From assembly GCA_030748775.1 (NCBI GenBank), contig JASMLH010000006.1, positions 3,074 through 67,073 on the forward strand: a DNA stretch of 64,000 nucleotides, written 5' to 3'. Position numbers and translations under genes: made by a program. Within the stretch, counting starts at the first letter, position 1; each line of letters starts with the position of its first letter. This stretch comes from Candidatus Thalassarchaeaceae archaeon. Its GTDB lineage: Archaea; Thermoplasmatota; Poseidoniia; Poseidoniales; Thalassarchaeaceae. Positions 1 to 10,172 of this stretch are shown here, piece after piece. The notes under the pieces are model-generated. The model was not told where the DNA came from, ran no database searches, and saw only the letters and a program-made list of their open reading frames with translations.

Positions 1-3000
1 GATGTTTGTCCATGGGATTTCTATCTGCCTGCATCTCTCATCTGCATTGGCGTCGCATGAGAAGTCTCCGGCTGAGTCGGAGTTCAGGTAGTACTCATCG
101 TCGCTCTGGACCCTGACCACTTGTATCGGCGTCGTTATGGTGATGGGGTCGAGGGAGATTCCCAAGGGTGTGAAGATCAAGTCCAAAGTCCCTGCCTCGT
201 CCCTGTAGTGATCTCCATGGAGTGCGGCCAGGCTGTATGTCAGCGAAGTCGACTCTCCAATGTCCAGATCCAGGGTTGTCGAACTGATTACTGCGTTCAC
301 GCTGAACCTATCCTCCTCAGTGTCTGAGTCAGTGGTGGTCCACTGCAAGTTGATTGACATAGGGGCGTTTCCGGCATTCTCGATCTCGTAAGACACAATC
401 CGGTCGTGACCTGGGACGATTGCAATCCTATCTGGTGCCTTGATGACGTTTACTGCGAACACCGGAAGGACCTCGATGCTGACCAGGGTGGTAGCGATTG
501 GGATGTTCTCTGTCACGTTCATCACCCTGATGGTGACGTTGTGGACCACCCCTGCCGAGAGGATTACCCCCGATTCCATCGGAGGGAGAGTTATAGATGC
601 GAGGAATCCCTCCATGCCGCCTATACCTGGTTCGATAGAGACGTTCGAGGCGTTCACCTCGAACGTCCAGTTTCCGGTATCTGAGGGGAAGGTAGCGGTA
701 ATGTTGACCCTTTCCATCAGATTTCCGTGATTTACCAAATCGATTGGGACGCTAAGTGTGGCTCCGGGGGCCGCAGTATACTCCTCGTTCATCATGAACT
801 GGATGAAGTGGAATGGGTTTACCTGCACCATAATCCCGCTTCTGTCATACTCTGTTCCGCCATTGGATACGGCGACTTCGAACTTGCTATCTATGTCAGC
901 CCTGGCATCCGTTCCAGCTAGAGCATAAACCCTCACGATTGCCTGGCCTCCTGGAAGTATGAGTTGCGACTTGTTCATCTGGACCGTCCCGTCGTCTGCG
1001 AATGAGACCTGAATCTTGTCTGGATCCAGGTTGTTGAGAGACAGGTTGAATGTCTTGTTGGAGTTGCCCGTGTTATTCAGTTGGAGCAGGATTGTCGTCT
1101 GGCCAAGCCTGTCAATTACTGCGGTAGAGTTCTCCGGAATCAACTCTGCAGAGACCAGTTCGGTCAGTTGGAAGTATGCGGGTGCTTGAGCCAACAATTC
1201 AATGCAATCGAAGACTGAAGCGTTTGTAGTCGAAGCCACCCAAAAACCGCCACGCAGCTGACATGAGGAAAGTGTATCATCTGGCTTGGTTGTGGTCGCG
1301 TTTACCGCTATCCAGATTTGATGAGTGGTGTCGGCGCTTGCAGTGGCAGGCGGGGTCGCAGTCACAGTGAATGAATTAGAGTCCGAGTTGTCGACCCCCT
1401 CCGAGAGGGGGTAGAGATTTGTCCTTGACTTCACGCTGTTTATCGATGGCTTGCTGATTTGAACGGTCCAGCCCGGTAGAGGGAGGTGGCCAATCGTGAA
1501 GTCCTGAACGTGGTTTCCCGTGTTCTTCATAGTCATCGTCGTAGCGATTGCAGTTCCAGGGTCCCCTGTTCCCGTGGGGCCACTTGTCAATTCTGCGTTG
1601 GTCATTTCTTCTATAGAAATCGATGCTACGCCCGTGGAGTTCTTTGTCACCGCCCCGGGGAAGCCCCCCCAACCTGAAGTGGCCTCGAAAGAGTAGGAGA
1701 ATACTCCAGCGGCAGGATAGGGGAAGTCGGTGGTAGGGTGGTGGGATATCGCAATAGTCCCGTATCCTGTCTGGCCGGGGCGAACTTCCATGGAAGATGG
1801 AACCATAGAGGCTGTCCACCGTGTGTGTTCGAAGCCGGTTGTATCTACAGTTGATTCACCGAAATTAACGAAGGTCTTGCCGTGCCCGGGCAGCTCGCCG
1901 TTGACAGAGATAGGTGTGAATTGGATCTGTGTGGCAGTGTCGTCCGAGCCTAGGTTGTTCTTCAGCTCGACTGCGAAATCCACGAACCTGTCTGTGTTGC
2001 CACTGAGGAAGTCGTCAACACCTATGTCGTTGGCCCCTCCAATTATCGAGACGTCGATTTCAACGTACTTGTCGATTATCAGCGTGGTCTGGTTGGTCGC
2101 TGGGACGCCCCCTTCCAGGGGAATGGCTTGGATTGCTAGGTTGATCTGCAAGTCTGCCCACACCTTCCAAGATGGGTCCAGGGGCATCTCGATCTCAGGG
2201 GTGATTATGGTGACGGGTATCGTTCTTTCCTCCCCGGGCATTACGACATCGGTTATCGTTACTGGCGAGAAGATGTTCCAGTATGGTACTGGTTGGATTG
2301 CTCCCACGTTTATCTGGTACTGGGTCGGGGCTGTACCGGTGTTCTTTAGGGTGTAATCGATGGTACGATCGGTGCCTGGGGTGATGTTTGCAAAGTCCTC
2401 TACGTAGACTGCTGGGACCGGGGGTGTTGTGCCTGGCCCTGTCCCAGGTTGAATGTAGCTGTGATTCTGCATGATGGAAGCCTCGTAGAGTCCTCCTGCC
2501 ATCACAGTGGTAGTCGCTTCTAGCAAGTAGCCCATTGCAACGCTCTGGACAGATATGGTCACTGAAACCGCATCTCCCAGACCGGCAGTGACCGGGACTG
2601 AGACCTCTACCTGGATCGCACTGGTTGCGCCCGCAGAAACCTCGAGTATCCCCGCTGGGCAGACTGAGCAGTGCATGTTTACGGGGGCATTTACCCAGTA
2701 TGGCGCTCCAGTGGAGGTGTTCGACTGTATCACTATGAAGGTGTCGTCCTCAGTGCCTGAGTTCTGAAGGATGAAGTTCAGAGTCGATGACGCTCCAGGG
2801 TCAAGGTTCCTGTCGTTTGCCGCAATCAGTGTTGCAGTCATCGTTGTGAATGTGATTGTTCTTGATTCTATGGTCAGTGATGATGATCCAGCTCCAGTGA
2901 TTAGTAGGCTTCCCCCCAGAGTGTACGTCCCCTCAAGGTTGGTCCCATCGAACGATAGGGAAATATTCTGAGGCTCGGGAGGGTTTGCCAGACTTCCTGC

Positions 3001-3702
3001 GATGACGGAAACCGTGTCCGAAGTAACTGGAGTCTGGGCCCCAGATATCGATGAGGTGAGAGTCAGTTGGGCCGTCACGGTGACATTCTGGTTTCCTGTG
3101 TTGACCACTGTTATGGCTCCGGCCCAGAGGGCCCTGGCGACATTTTGACCGTCTACAGGAAGTGAGTCAGCGATTCGTTCTGCATCCTCCACGGGGACAA
3201 CGGCAATCCCAGTCAGGGACATCTCATCGTTGGAAGAGTCGGAATCTGTGGAAGAGCCTCCTACGACCCACTCCGCCCTGAGGTTGTAGCCCGAGCCGAC
3301 TGAAGCGTCCCAATACAGTACGTGGTCCTGCTGTTCAATTGGGTTGATGCTGACGTTCCTTGAGTCAACCAGGACCCCATTGACCTTCAGTGTGAGGTTA
3401 CCATCAGCAGCAGACCCGCCGATATTCTGAATCGTGACCCGGATGATGTGAATCTGTGGGGCTAGGGTTGGTACCCCCGATACCATTACTGATGGAGTCG
3501 TGACGGAGAGGTCGGTTACTGCAACGTCAGCATCGGTGTTCTTCCCGGACGAAGGTAGTACTGTTGGCTGGACCGATTCGCCTGGTGCGTTGGCCAACAG
3601 GGGAAGCAGGAACAGAAGAGCGACGAGAAATGCGGCCGTGCATGCATTTCTTGGGGTTCCTCGGGGCTCCTTGCCCCTTCTTGAGATTGCTACGGTTCCC
3701 AT
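1..3702 (-). CDS. Large secreted/surface protein with tandem CARDB/Ig-like domains (partial, runs off window start)
   Basis: Manual translation from ATG 3702 after AGGAGGGG: MGTVAISRRGKEPRGTPRNACTAAFLVALLFLLPLLA signal peptide, then DVAVTDLSV..IRVTIQNIGG (CARDB-like) and repeated N-x-G-(N/T) strands (VVNTGN, LQNSGT, LKNTGT, MKNTGN, LNNTGN, VNHGN, IENAGN). Absent from ORF track, presumably because it is open at the edge; only segments were translated. Confidence 0.8.
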   Translation of the reverse strand, partial: MGTVAISRRGKEPRGTPRNACTAAFLVALLFLLPLLANAPGESVQPTVLPSSGKNTDADVAVTDLSVTTPSVMVSGVPTLAPQIHIIRVTIQNIGGSAADGNLTLKVNGVLVDSRNVSINPIEQQDHVLYWDASVGSGYNLRAEWVVGGSSTDSDSSNDEMSLTGIAVVPVEDAERIADSLPVDGQNVARALWAGAITVVNTGNQNVTVTAQLTLTSSISGAQTPVTSDTVSVIAGSLANPPEPQNISLSFDGTNLEGTYTLGGSLLITGAGSSSLTIESRTITFTTMTATLIAANDRNLDPGASSTLNFILQNSGTEDDTFIVIQSNTSTGAPYWVNAPVNMHCSVCPAGILEVSAGATSAIQVEVSVPVTAGLGDAVSVTISVQSVAMGYLLEATTTVMAGGLYEASIMQNHSYIQPGTGPGTTPPVPAVYVEDFANITPGTDRTIDYTLKNTGTAPTQYQINVGAIQPVPYWNIFSPVTITDVVMPGEERTIPVTIITPEIEMPLDPSWKVWADLQINLAIQAIPLEGGVPATNQTTLIIDKYVEIDVSIIGGANDIGVDDFLSGNTDRFVDFAVELKNNLGSDDTATQIQFTPISVNGELPGHGKTFVNFGESTVDTTGFEHTRWTASMVPSSMEVRPGQTGYGTIAISHHPTTDFPYPAAGVFSYSFEATSGWGGFPGAVTKNSTGVASISIEEMTNAELTSGPTGTGDPGTAIATTMTMKNTGNHVQDFTIGHLPLPGWTVQISKPSINSVKSRTNLYPLSEGVDNSDSNSFTVTATPPATASADTTHQIWIAVNATTTKPDDTLSSCQLRGGFWVASTTNASVFDCIELLAQAPAYFQLTELVSAELIPENSTAVIDRLGQTTILLQLNNTGNSNKTFNLSLNNLDPDKIQVSFADDGTVQMNKSQLILPGGQAIVRVYALAGTDARADIDSKFEVAVSNGGTEYDRSGIMVQVNPFHFIQFMMNEEYTAAPGATLSVPIDLVNHGNLMERVNITATFPSDTGNWTFEVNASNVSIEPGIGGMEGFLASITLPPMESGVILSAGVVHNVTIRVMNVTENIPIATTLVSIEVLPVFAVNVIKAPDRIAIVPGHDRIVSYEIENAGNAPMSINLQWTTTDSDTEEDRFSVNAVISSTTLDLDIGESTSLTYSLAALHGDHYRDEAGTLDLIFTPLGISLDPITITTPIQVVRVQSDDEYYLNSDSAGDFSCDANADERCRQIEIPWTNI

Positions 3703-3832
3703 TGCTTGCGCTCCCCTCCTCGTAGAGGAGACTAACCATGATTATGAAACAACCGGCGGTAATTTACAAATTGCATTGGCCTGACCACGGTTCGACCGAT
3801 GTAATGAAAAGTCACTGCGCAGGTTCGGTCAT

Positions 3833-5014
3833 GTGGCGGACGCTGTATCCCTGGTGCTCATTGCAATCATCGTAATGGCAACTGCTAGTGGAGCGTACCG
3901 AATCCTACAATCTGGAAAGCGCAGGACCATCCTGCCATCTACTCGACGGAACCTACCCGAACACATTTCTGATGCAGCTATAGCTAGGATGGGGAGAAGA
4001 GGCAGAGGAAGGGACAGGTCACTCGTTCAGACCGCCACTGATTCTCTTGGAACTGGTTCCGACGCCATTGGTGCTGGAGTCCAGGAAGCTGAGATCAGTA
4101 CCAAAGAAGTCTCGGCTCTCGAGAAGAGGCTGGAGCGTGAGGGCGCCAAGAGAGGGGCAGTACAGATCAGCCTGATGTGGGATAACTGGAACGACCTTGA
4201 CTTGCACGTTATCACTCCATCCGGGGAGCACGTCTATCACGACAACAGAAAGTCCAGCTGTGGCGGAGAGCTTGACATAGACATGAATTTCAAGCCTACA
4301 TCCAAGTCTCCCGTCGAGAACATAGTTTGGACAAGGACGCCTCCTCCGGGGATATACAGAATTGGAGTGAGGCACTACAAGATCCATACAAAGGGCATTT
4401 TCTCATGGATTCCTCTCCTTTCCAGCGTCCACAGAAAGAACGAGACGGCTTTCACCGTGAGCGTGACCATAGGCGAGAGCAAGAGGTTCTTCGAGGGGTC
4501 ACTGGTGAAAAGCAACGAGTTGCAGTTCGTAGCAAAGTTCGCTATCGCTGGACCCGATGGAGAAGTTCCTGATGAAGCCCGGGAAAGCGTCACCGTACCC
4601 GGTGAGCAGGAGGATTTCACAGAGGCCCGTGATATTGATGCCATGAGGCGTAGAGTGGGTACCGTCCAAGATGGGGTTTCAGTGGAGCTAAGCTGGGAGT
4701 CCGGAGCTGACCTTGGTCTTTCCATTGTGGATGGAGATGGTGCCGAGGTGTCGTTCTTCGAACCCGAGGGGATAGAGGGGGCTTCGTTCGACATGGGTGA
4801 TTTCGCGCCGGGTGAGTTGCATAGAAGAATCGCATGGACAGACAGTCCTCCCACCGGAAGTTATACCGTCAGGGTAAGGCATTTCGAGAGAGAAGGAGAG
4901 GGGGAAGAGACTGAGTTCAAGGTAAGTCTCAACAACCGCGGTGACGAGCAGGAGATGACCGGTACCATCCCAAGTGATGGTTCGATAATCGAAGCGGGGA
5001 CCTTTGAGATTTAG
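3833..5014 (+). CDS. Membrane-anchored YfaP/DUF2135-like protein with two repeated domains
   Basis: N-terminal TM helix; [47 protein letters not shown]; second degenerate copy [27 protein letters not shown]. Confidence 0.7.
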   Translation: MADAVSLVLIAIIVMATASGAYRILQSGKRRTILPSTRRNLPEHISDAAIARMGRRGRGRDRSLVQTATDSLGTGSDAIGAGVQEAEISTKEVSALEKRLEREGAKRGAVQISLMWDNWNDLDLHVITPSGEHVYHDNRKSSCGGELDIDMNFKPTSKSPVENIVWTRTPPPGIYRIGVRHYKIHTKGIFSWIPLLSSVHRKNETAFTVSVTIGESKRFFEGSLVKSNELQFVAKFAIAGPDGEVPDEARESVTVPGEQEDFTEARDIDAMRRRVGTVQDGVSVELSWESGADLGLSIVDGDGAEVSFFEPEGIEGASFDMGDFAPGELHRRIAWTDSPPTGSYTVRVRHFEREGEGEETEFKVSLNNRGDEQEMTGTIPSDGSIIEAGTFEI

Positions 5015-5018
5015 CCCT

Positions 5019-5777
5019 CTAGAAACCATGCATGTGTAGTACTCTAGACATCCAAGTGAGTTTTTCCATTTTTCTTTCTTCGTCGGTGTTTCCCGACCAC
5101 CTGCCAACTATGTCGGTCCTTGTACCAAGAAGGGAAATTCTGTCCCTTTCAACTCCAAGTGCCAGGAGGAAGCAAACTGCGCGATCTCCGTCGGTGAACC
5201 CTCCCGGATTATGCATTCCAGGAATGTCCCGAGAAGTCTGATGTGTGAGTATCAAGTCCGGAGGTTCGGCTTGGGACTTTGCCTGTTCGAGCAATCCTTC
5301 CCAGTCCTCCCTGTTGTCTCCATGAGCGTGCAGGACTATCGGAATCGCCCGCTTTACCGCTTCAATGGTCCCGCTACCTCCATCTGCATCGCTTACAACA
5401 CAGGCTAGCCGAGACCAGGCCTTTTCAGAAGTAGAGCTAGGAAGTTCCGAGAGCACCCCCGTTGCCCCGTCCGCGGAAACGAACAGTACGGGGTTAACGA
5501 GTACTTGGATCAATTCTTCGGGTTCCACAGCAGCTCCCAATACTGCAATTTCTGTCTTCCTAATCACCATCCTTCGATATAGTTTGGAAAGAGCAACCAG
5601 GCGATTGTGGCCTTCCCAAGAAGGAATCGCGGAGTCTTCGACGGAAGCAAGCAGAGAGCGGGCACTGTCATGATCTTCTGACTCTCTCCACCCGAAGAAA
5701 TCCCTGAATTGGGATTGTATCTCCAACGAGGCGTCAACTGTGGGTGACAGGTCAGTAGGAAGCGAGGAGCTAGGCAT
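5019..5777 (-). CDS. mptE: 6-hydroxymethyl-7,8-dihydropterin pyrophosphokinase MptE-like (DUF115)
   Basis: SADGAT, VVSDADG, LHAHGDN, NPGGFTDGDRA motifs; start taken at ATG 5777 to avoid overlap with priL. Confidence 0.8.
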   Translation of the reverse strand: MPSSSLPTDLSPTVDASLEIQSQFRDFFGWRESEDHDSARSLLASVEDSAIPSWEGHNRLVALSKLYRRMVIRKTEIAVLGAAVEPEELIQVLVNPVLFVSADGATGVLSELPSSTSEKAWSRLACVVSDADGGSGTIEAVKRAIPIVLHAHGDNREDWEGLLEQAKSQAEPPDLILTHQTSRDIPGMHNPGGFTDGDRAVCFLLALGVERDRISLLGTRTDIVGRWSGNTDEERKMEKLTWMSRVLHMHGF

Positions 5778-5844
5778 CTCCAGTGGAAGGGCTCGGTGAG
5801 TGTTGAAGAACCCTCGTGGCCCACTGTGACTTGTGCCCCTACCC

Positions 5845-7002
5845 ATGAAACCCCCAGAAATAGAGGACGAGGGGATTCTAGCTAGATATCCATTCCTTCC
5901 TCAGGGAAGCCACTTCATCAGAAAGGTTCTGCAGGACAATGGAATTTCGGTTTCTGAATTGATTGACGAGCCATGGCTGGAAGACGTGAGAATTAGAGGA
6001 AGATTACGACTGATTGACTCCGTACTACAGAAGGACGGGATAGGTTCATCTTCGAGTATCGATCTATCTACAGATGTGGGAAAAATGACGGAGGTTCTCT
6101 CATTTCTTCATGCCATGTTGGTTGTTTGCGCCTCTTTCGACGAGAGGCTGATGACCAGGTGGATAGAAGGAGAGTCCAGTAGGGCAGACCTTCTTCTGGG
6201 GATGGATGATGACAACTTTCCAGTTATTTCTTCATCGTACCTTTCGGGTGTCAGAGCTGAGGATAACGGTCGCGGCGATCTCGAATACTGGGTCCCTCTA
6301 ACTGACTTTATTGAGCTAAGTCCGAGAATCTCTGGAAGCTACTGGAGGCTTGTCAATAGGCCGATGAGAGACGGTTGGGTATGCCTTGACGCAGGGGCCG
6401 GAGAGACAAGCAGGCAGAGAGCTGCTCGGCTGATTAAAGAGAGAATCAGAGAGTCTCTTCTACGTGATTGCGAGGGCAGGATGGAGAAGATGGATGACGA
6501 ATTCGCAGCCAGGTTCTCAGAGCCAGTGGAAAGGATCACTGGTCTACTGTCGGAAAGAGTCGAGGCTGAGATGCCGATGACTGCCGCTATCAGAGATGAC
6601 TGGCCGCCCTGCTTCGAATCTGCGGTTTCTGAATTGAACCAAGGAGTAAACGTGAACCATGTAGGCAGAGTTTTCCTCGCAGCCTTCTCTAGAGCGGTCG
6701 GCCTCAATAGAGAGCAGACTTGCAGCTTCTTCGCGAACGCTCCGGACTACGATTCAGAGACTACGGCCTACCAAGTAAACCAGATTTACGAGCGCGAATA
6801 CACTCCTCATGGTTGTGCTACGCTGAAGACTAATGCCAGGTGCCCGGTTCAGCTTGGTGAAGACCAATTATGCGACCAGGAATGGCTTACTCATCCACTG
6901 AAGTACATTCGAGCGAAGCAGAGGAGGAGGTACCGGGACGAACGAGGGTCTGATGGCGGAGCTAAGGAGGAGTCGGGGAGCAGTTCTGCCAATGCCTCAT
7001 AA
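5845..7002 (+). CDS. priL: DNA primase large subunit
   Basis: ARYPFL N-terminus; Fe-S domain WPPCF..HVGRVFLAAF..APDYD..TAYQVNQI..YTPHGCATLK..CP..C..HPLKY. Confidence 0.85.
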   Translation: MKPPEIEDEGILARYPFLPQGSHFIRKVLQDNGISVSELIDEPWLEDVRIRGRLRLIDSVLQKDGIGSSSSIDLSTDVGKMTEVLSFLHAMLVVCASFDERLMTRWIEGESSRADLLLGMDDDNFPVISSSYLSGVRAEDNGRGDLEYWVPLTDFIELSPRISGSYWRLVNRPMRDGWVCLDAGAGETSRQRAARLIKERIRESLLRDCEGRMEKMDDEFAARFSEPVERITGLLSERVEAEMPMTAAIRDDWPPCFESAVSELNQGVNVNHVGRVFLAAFSRAVGLNREQTCSFFANAPDYDSETTAYQVNQIYEREYTPHGCATLKTNARCPVQLGEDQLCDQEWLTHPLKYIRAKQRRRYRDERGSDGGAKEESGSSSANAS

Positions 7003-7040
7003 GTGGAGGCTGCCCAACTCGGTGCAAACGGAGGGGGAGC

Positions 7041-8159
7041 ATGGTACGGACACTGGTCCTAACATTAGATAGAGACAATGACTTGGGAGTCAAAGCTGGC
7101 ATCAGAGGGCCCGTAGTAGGACGAAAGTCCTGCCTTACCGCAGCATTGAGACTGGGGATAGCCGACCCGGAGGAGTCAGACACAAATGCAATTCTAGGCG
7201 CACTGCACCACCATGACAGGATTTCCGAAGGAGCCTCGACTTCAGACGAGGTCGAGATTGCGATTCTAACTGGAGATGTACGGGTCGGTCCGAGAAGCGA
7301 CCGGGCGATAGCCAGCCAGCTTGACGAGGTAATCCAGGACTTCCAACCAGACAGTGCGATGCTGGTGACTGATGGAGTCGATGACGAGGCCGCCCTTCCA
7401 ATAATCACCTCAAGAATAAGAGTCGACACAATAGAGAAGGTAATAGTAAGACAATCCAAGGGAATCGAGGGGACTTACTACTACATCATCAAGGCAGTCG
7501 AAGACCCAAGGTTCAGAGCCAGGCTCCTTGTACCTCTAGCCGTATTCCTGATGATTCTAGGCCTTGGGCTAATTATTCCAAATGGGATTGCACTGATAGG
7601 GTCGCTGCCACTTCTAATCGGAATTTGGCTACTTGGAAAGGGGCTCGGTTTAGAGGCACAAATGGAAAGAGTGGCTATGGAGATGCGTGATAGTGCGACT
7701 GGGGGGTTGTTCTCCTCATTACTGTGGGGTGGATCGGTAGTCTGCATTTTCCTTGCAGTAGCGACAGTATGGGAAGGCATGAACGACCCGGTTCCCGTAG
7801 AGGGCAAGATCTACCAGGTGATCGATCTTGTTGACGAGGCACTTCAGTGGATTATAGGTGCAATATTCTCTTTCCTCCTTGCCTTGGGGGTTCTGCGTTG
7901 GAAGGAGGGTTCTTTCACGGGACGGAGCGTGCTTCTCATCGGCCTCAGCGTTGTAATCTACACGTTCGTTGACGCTTCCATTGGCGTGGCACTGTTGATA
8001 ACGGGTGGAAGTGAATATAGCCCGACCTTCGACCAACTCGGGCAGGACTGGTGGCTTCCCTTTTTCTCTTTGGTGCTTTACTACCTTCTAAGGACCGTAG
8101 TTCAGTCATTTTCGGAAGACGAGGAGTTTGGCTCAGGAAACAGATTCTGGGGAGTATAG
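7041..8159 (+). CDS. DUF373 family membrane protein
   Basis: LVLTLDRDNDLG..PVVGR..ADPEESDTNAI, VTDG, VIVRQS..IEGTYY; C-terminal TM helices. Confidence 0.85.
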   Translation: MVRTLVLTLDRDNDLGVKAGIRGPVVGRKSCLTAALRLGIADPEESDTNAILGALHHHDRISEGASTSDEVEIAILTGDVRVGPRSDRAIASQLDEVIQDFQPDSAMLVTDGVDDEAALPIITSRIRVDTIEKVIVRQSKGIEGTYYYIIKAVEDPRFRARLLVPLAVFLMILGLGLIIPNGIALIGSLPLLIGIWLLGKGLGLEAQMERVAMEMRDSATGGLFSSLLWGGSVVCIFLAVATVWEGMNDPVPVEGKIYQVIDLVDEALQWIIGAIFSFLLALGVLRWKEGSFTGRSVLLIGLSVVIYTFVDASIGVALLITGGSEYSPTFDQLGQDWWLPFFSLVLYYLLRTVVQSFSEDEEFGSGNRFWGV

Positions 8160-8160
8160 G

Positions 8161-8400
8161 ATGGGAAAATCTCAGACAACGATAGTCTGGAACGGTCCCA
8201 AGGAAAGAGGAGAAGCTTTGCTCTCCGCTATATCTCCAGACGACCCGAATGACTTCGAAGCCGAGATAACTGGAGACGGCGAAGTTGTTGAGCTCCGGAT
8301 AGTGGTTAATTCGGATGGTCTGCGGCAGTCGAGAGCAACCGTTGACGATATTCTGGCCTGCCTTGTTGCAGCAGAATCTGGACTTGATGTGATAGGCTGA
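8161..8400 (+). CDS. pcc1: KEOPS complex subunit Pcc1-like
   Basis: 79 aa; A(L)LSAISPD..LRIVV..LRQSRATVDDILACL pattern. Confidence 0.65.
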   Translation: MGKSQTTIVWNGPKERGEALLSAISPDDPNDFEAEITGDGEVVELRIVVNSDGLRQSRATVDDILACLVAAESGLDVIG

Positions 8401-8420
8401 CTATTCGGACTATTCAAGGC

Positions 8421-9386
8421 ATGGCCACTTCTCCAAGGAATGTGGAAAGGCTCCCCCATGACCGTTCTAGCCTCCTGTACTCGACTGATGAAGGAGGTGG
8501 GCCCTCGGGAATGCTATTGGATTCTATTGACAGGTGGACGGGCGCCATGCTTGCAGATGATGTTGCGAATGATAGGATCGAAGGTGGATTCATAGTGGGA
8601 AGGGTCATCTCAAAACAGAGTGGAGTCGTTGCAGGAAGATTTGCTGTGAACAGAATGATGGAGAGGTGTTTCCAGTCATGCATAGCCTCTTGGTCTGTCG
8701 AAGAAGGTCAGATGGTTTCTGAAGGAGATCTGATTCTATCAATAGAGGGTCCCTCTGAGGGAGTTTTGAGGTGCGAAAGAGTGATGCTCAACATTATCGG
8801 TAGGATGTCTGGAATTGCAACTGAAACATCGGAATGGCTGAGTTCATCTCAGGGCTTCCCTGTTGCCTGTACTAGAAAGACGGAATGGGGCCTATTGGAC
8901 AAGTGGGCAGTTCACGTTGGCGGGGGACTTACCCACAGACTGAACAGGGAAGATGCCCTCATGATCAAAGAGAACGACCTAGCGGTTTTGGAAACGGAGG
9001 TGCCCGATGAAAGCTCGGTTGTGGCTATTGCTGTAAACAAAGTAGATTTCGATAAGGAGGCTTCATTCTGCACTGTAGAGGTTTCGGATACCAAGCAAGC
9101 CATTGAAGCTGCTAAGGCATGGTCAGAATGCCAAAATAGACGAAGTGGAAAGGAAAGGATCGTCCTACTGTTGGACAACATGGGGCCATCAAGATGCTCC
9201 GAGGCGGCGATGGAATTGAATCGTGAAGGATTGCGTGACTGGTGTATTCTGGAGGGTTCTGGTGGCATAGAAAGAGAGGCCCTTGGGGAATGGGTGACTC
9301 AGTCAGAGGTAGATCTGGTTTCGACTAGTGCTGTAAACATGGGAGTGGCCCCTTTGGATATCTCTATGATTGTAGGAGGCGAGTGA
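8421..9386 (+). CDS. nadC: Nicotinate-nucleotide diphosphorylase (quinolinate phosphoribosyltransferase)
   Basis: ERVMLN..MSGIAT, TRKT, AVHVGGGLTHR, MIKEN, VEV, LLDNM, EGSGGI. Confidence 0.85.
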   Translation: MATSPRNVERLPHDRSSLLYSTDEGGGPSGMLLDSIDRWTGAMLADDVANDRIEGGFIVGRVISKQSGVVAGRFAVNRMMERCFQSCIASWSVEEGQMVSEGDLILSIEGPSEGVLRCERVMLNIIGRMSGIATETSEWLSSSQGFPVACTRKTEWGLLDKWAVHVGGGLTHRLNREDALMIKENDLAVLETEVPDESSVVAIAVNKVDFDKEASFCTVEVSDTKQAIEAAKAWSECQNRRSGKERIVLLLDNMGPSRCSEAAMELNREGLRDWCILEGSGGIEREALGEWVTQSEVDLVSTSAVNMGVAPLDISMIVGGE

Positions 9387-10172
9387 ATGGCAGATTTACC
9401 TGAAAGCCATCCTCGTAGAAGCTCGCTTTTGGCTAGGCAGAAGATTGTTGATGGAACCAAAAAGGGACTATTGGCAGACTCGTCCATGATTGCGCATGGC
9501 AGGGGTGAAGCCTTTGACTATCTACTGGGAGAGAGAACGACCGATTCTGCTGCCATGGCAATTAGACATGTTGCAACACTACTGATCTCAGCAGAGAGGC
9601 CGGTGATTTCCGCAAATGGTAATACTGTCGTCCTAGCAGGTGAGAGTCTGATCAGAGTTGCCGCAGTAGTAGGTTGTCCGATAGAGGTTAATCTGTATTA
9701 TCGCACACCGGAAAGAGTGTTCGGGCTGCTTTCTCTGCTACAGGAACAGCGGGATTCTGTCGCCGAAGAGAAAGGGCCGAGCGAGTTCAAAGGCGATTGG
9801 GGAAAGGCGGTTCGTTCGGTACGGCTTCTTGGAGATGAGGCGGACTTCAGGATTGAGGGGCTCGAAGGTCCGCGTTCGTTATGCACCGAAGATGGAATTG
9901 GTTTAGGCGATTTGATTCTAGTTCCGCTAGAGGACGGAGACAGATGCGAAGCTCTGATTTCTTTGGGAAAGCAGGTTTGCGTAATCGACTTGAATCCTCT
10001 TTCCAGAACCGCCAGGACTGCGAGTGTAACAATCGTAGACGAGGTGTCCAGGGCTTCAATTTCCCTACTCTCAGAGGTCCTCAACCCCACAAAGATAGAA
10101 GGTGAGTGGGATAACGATGCTGCTCTGAGAGATTCACTGAAACACATGTCTAACTCAATTGATAGGCTCTAG
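9387..10172 (+). CDS. Archaeal phosphopantothenate synthetase (4-phosphopantoate-beta-alanine ligase)
   Basis: HPRRSSL, IAHGRGEAFDYLLGERT, PVISANGN, VPLEDGDR, IDLNPLSRT. Confidence 0.92.
   Translation: MADLPESHPRRSSLLARQKIVDGTKKGLLADSSMIAHGRGEAFDYLLGERTTDSAAMAIRHVATLLISAERPVISANGNTVVLAGESLIRVAAVVGCPIEVNLYYRTPERVFGLLSLLQEQRDSVAEEKGPSEFKGDWGKAVRSVRLLGDEADFRIEGLEGPRSLCTEDGIGLGDLILVPLEDGDRCEALISLGKQVCVIDLNPLSRTARTASVTIVDEVSRASISLLSEVLNPTKIEGEWDNDAALRDSLKHMSNSIDRL

Noticed and set aside
121-3784. Many + strand ORFs (e.g. 1730-2356, 208 aa)
   Set aside because: Antisense shadows of the large minus-strand Ig-repeat gene; no recognisable motifs.
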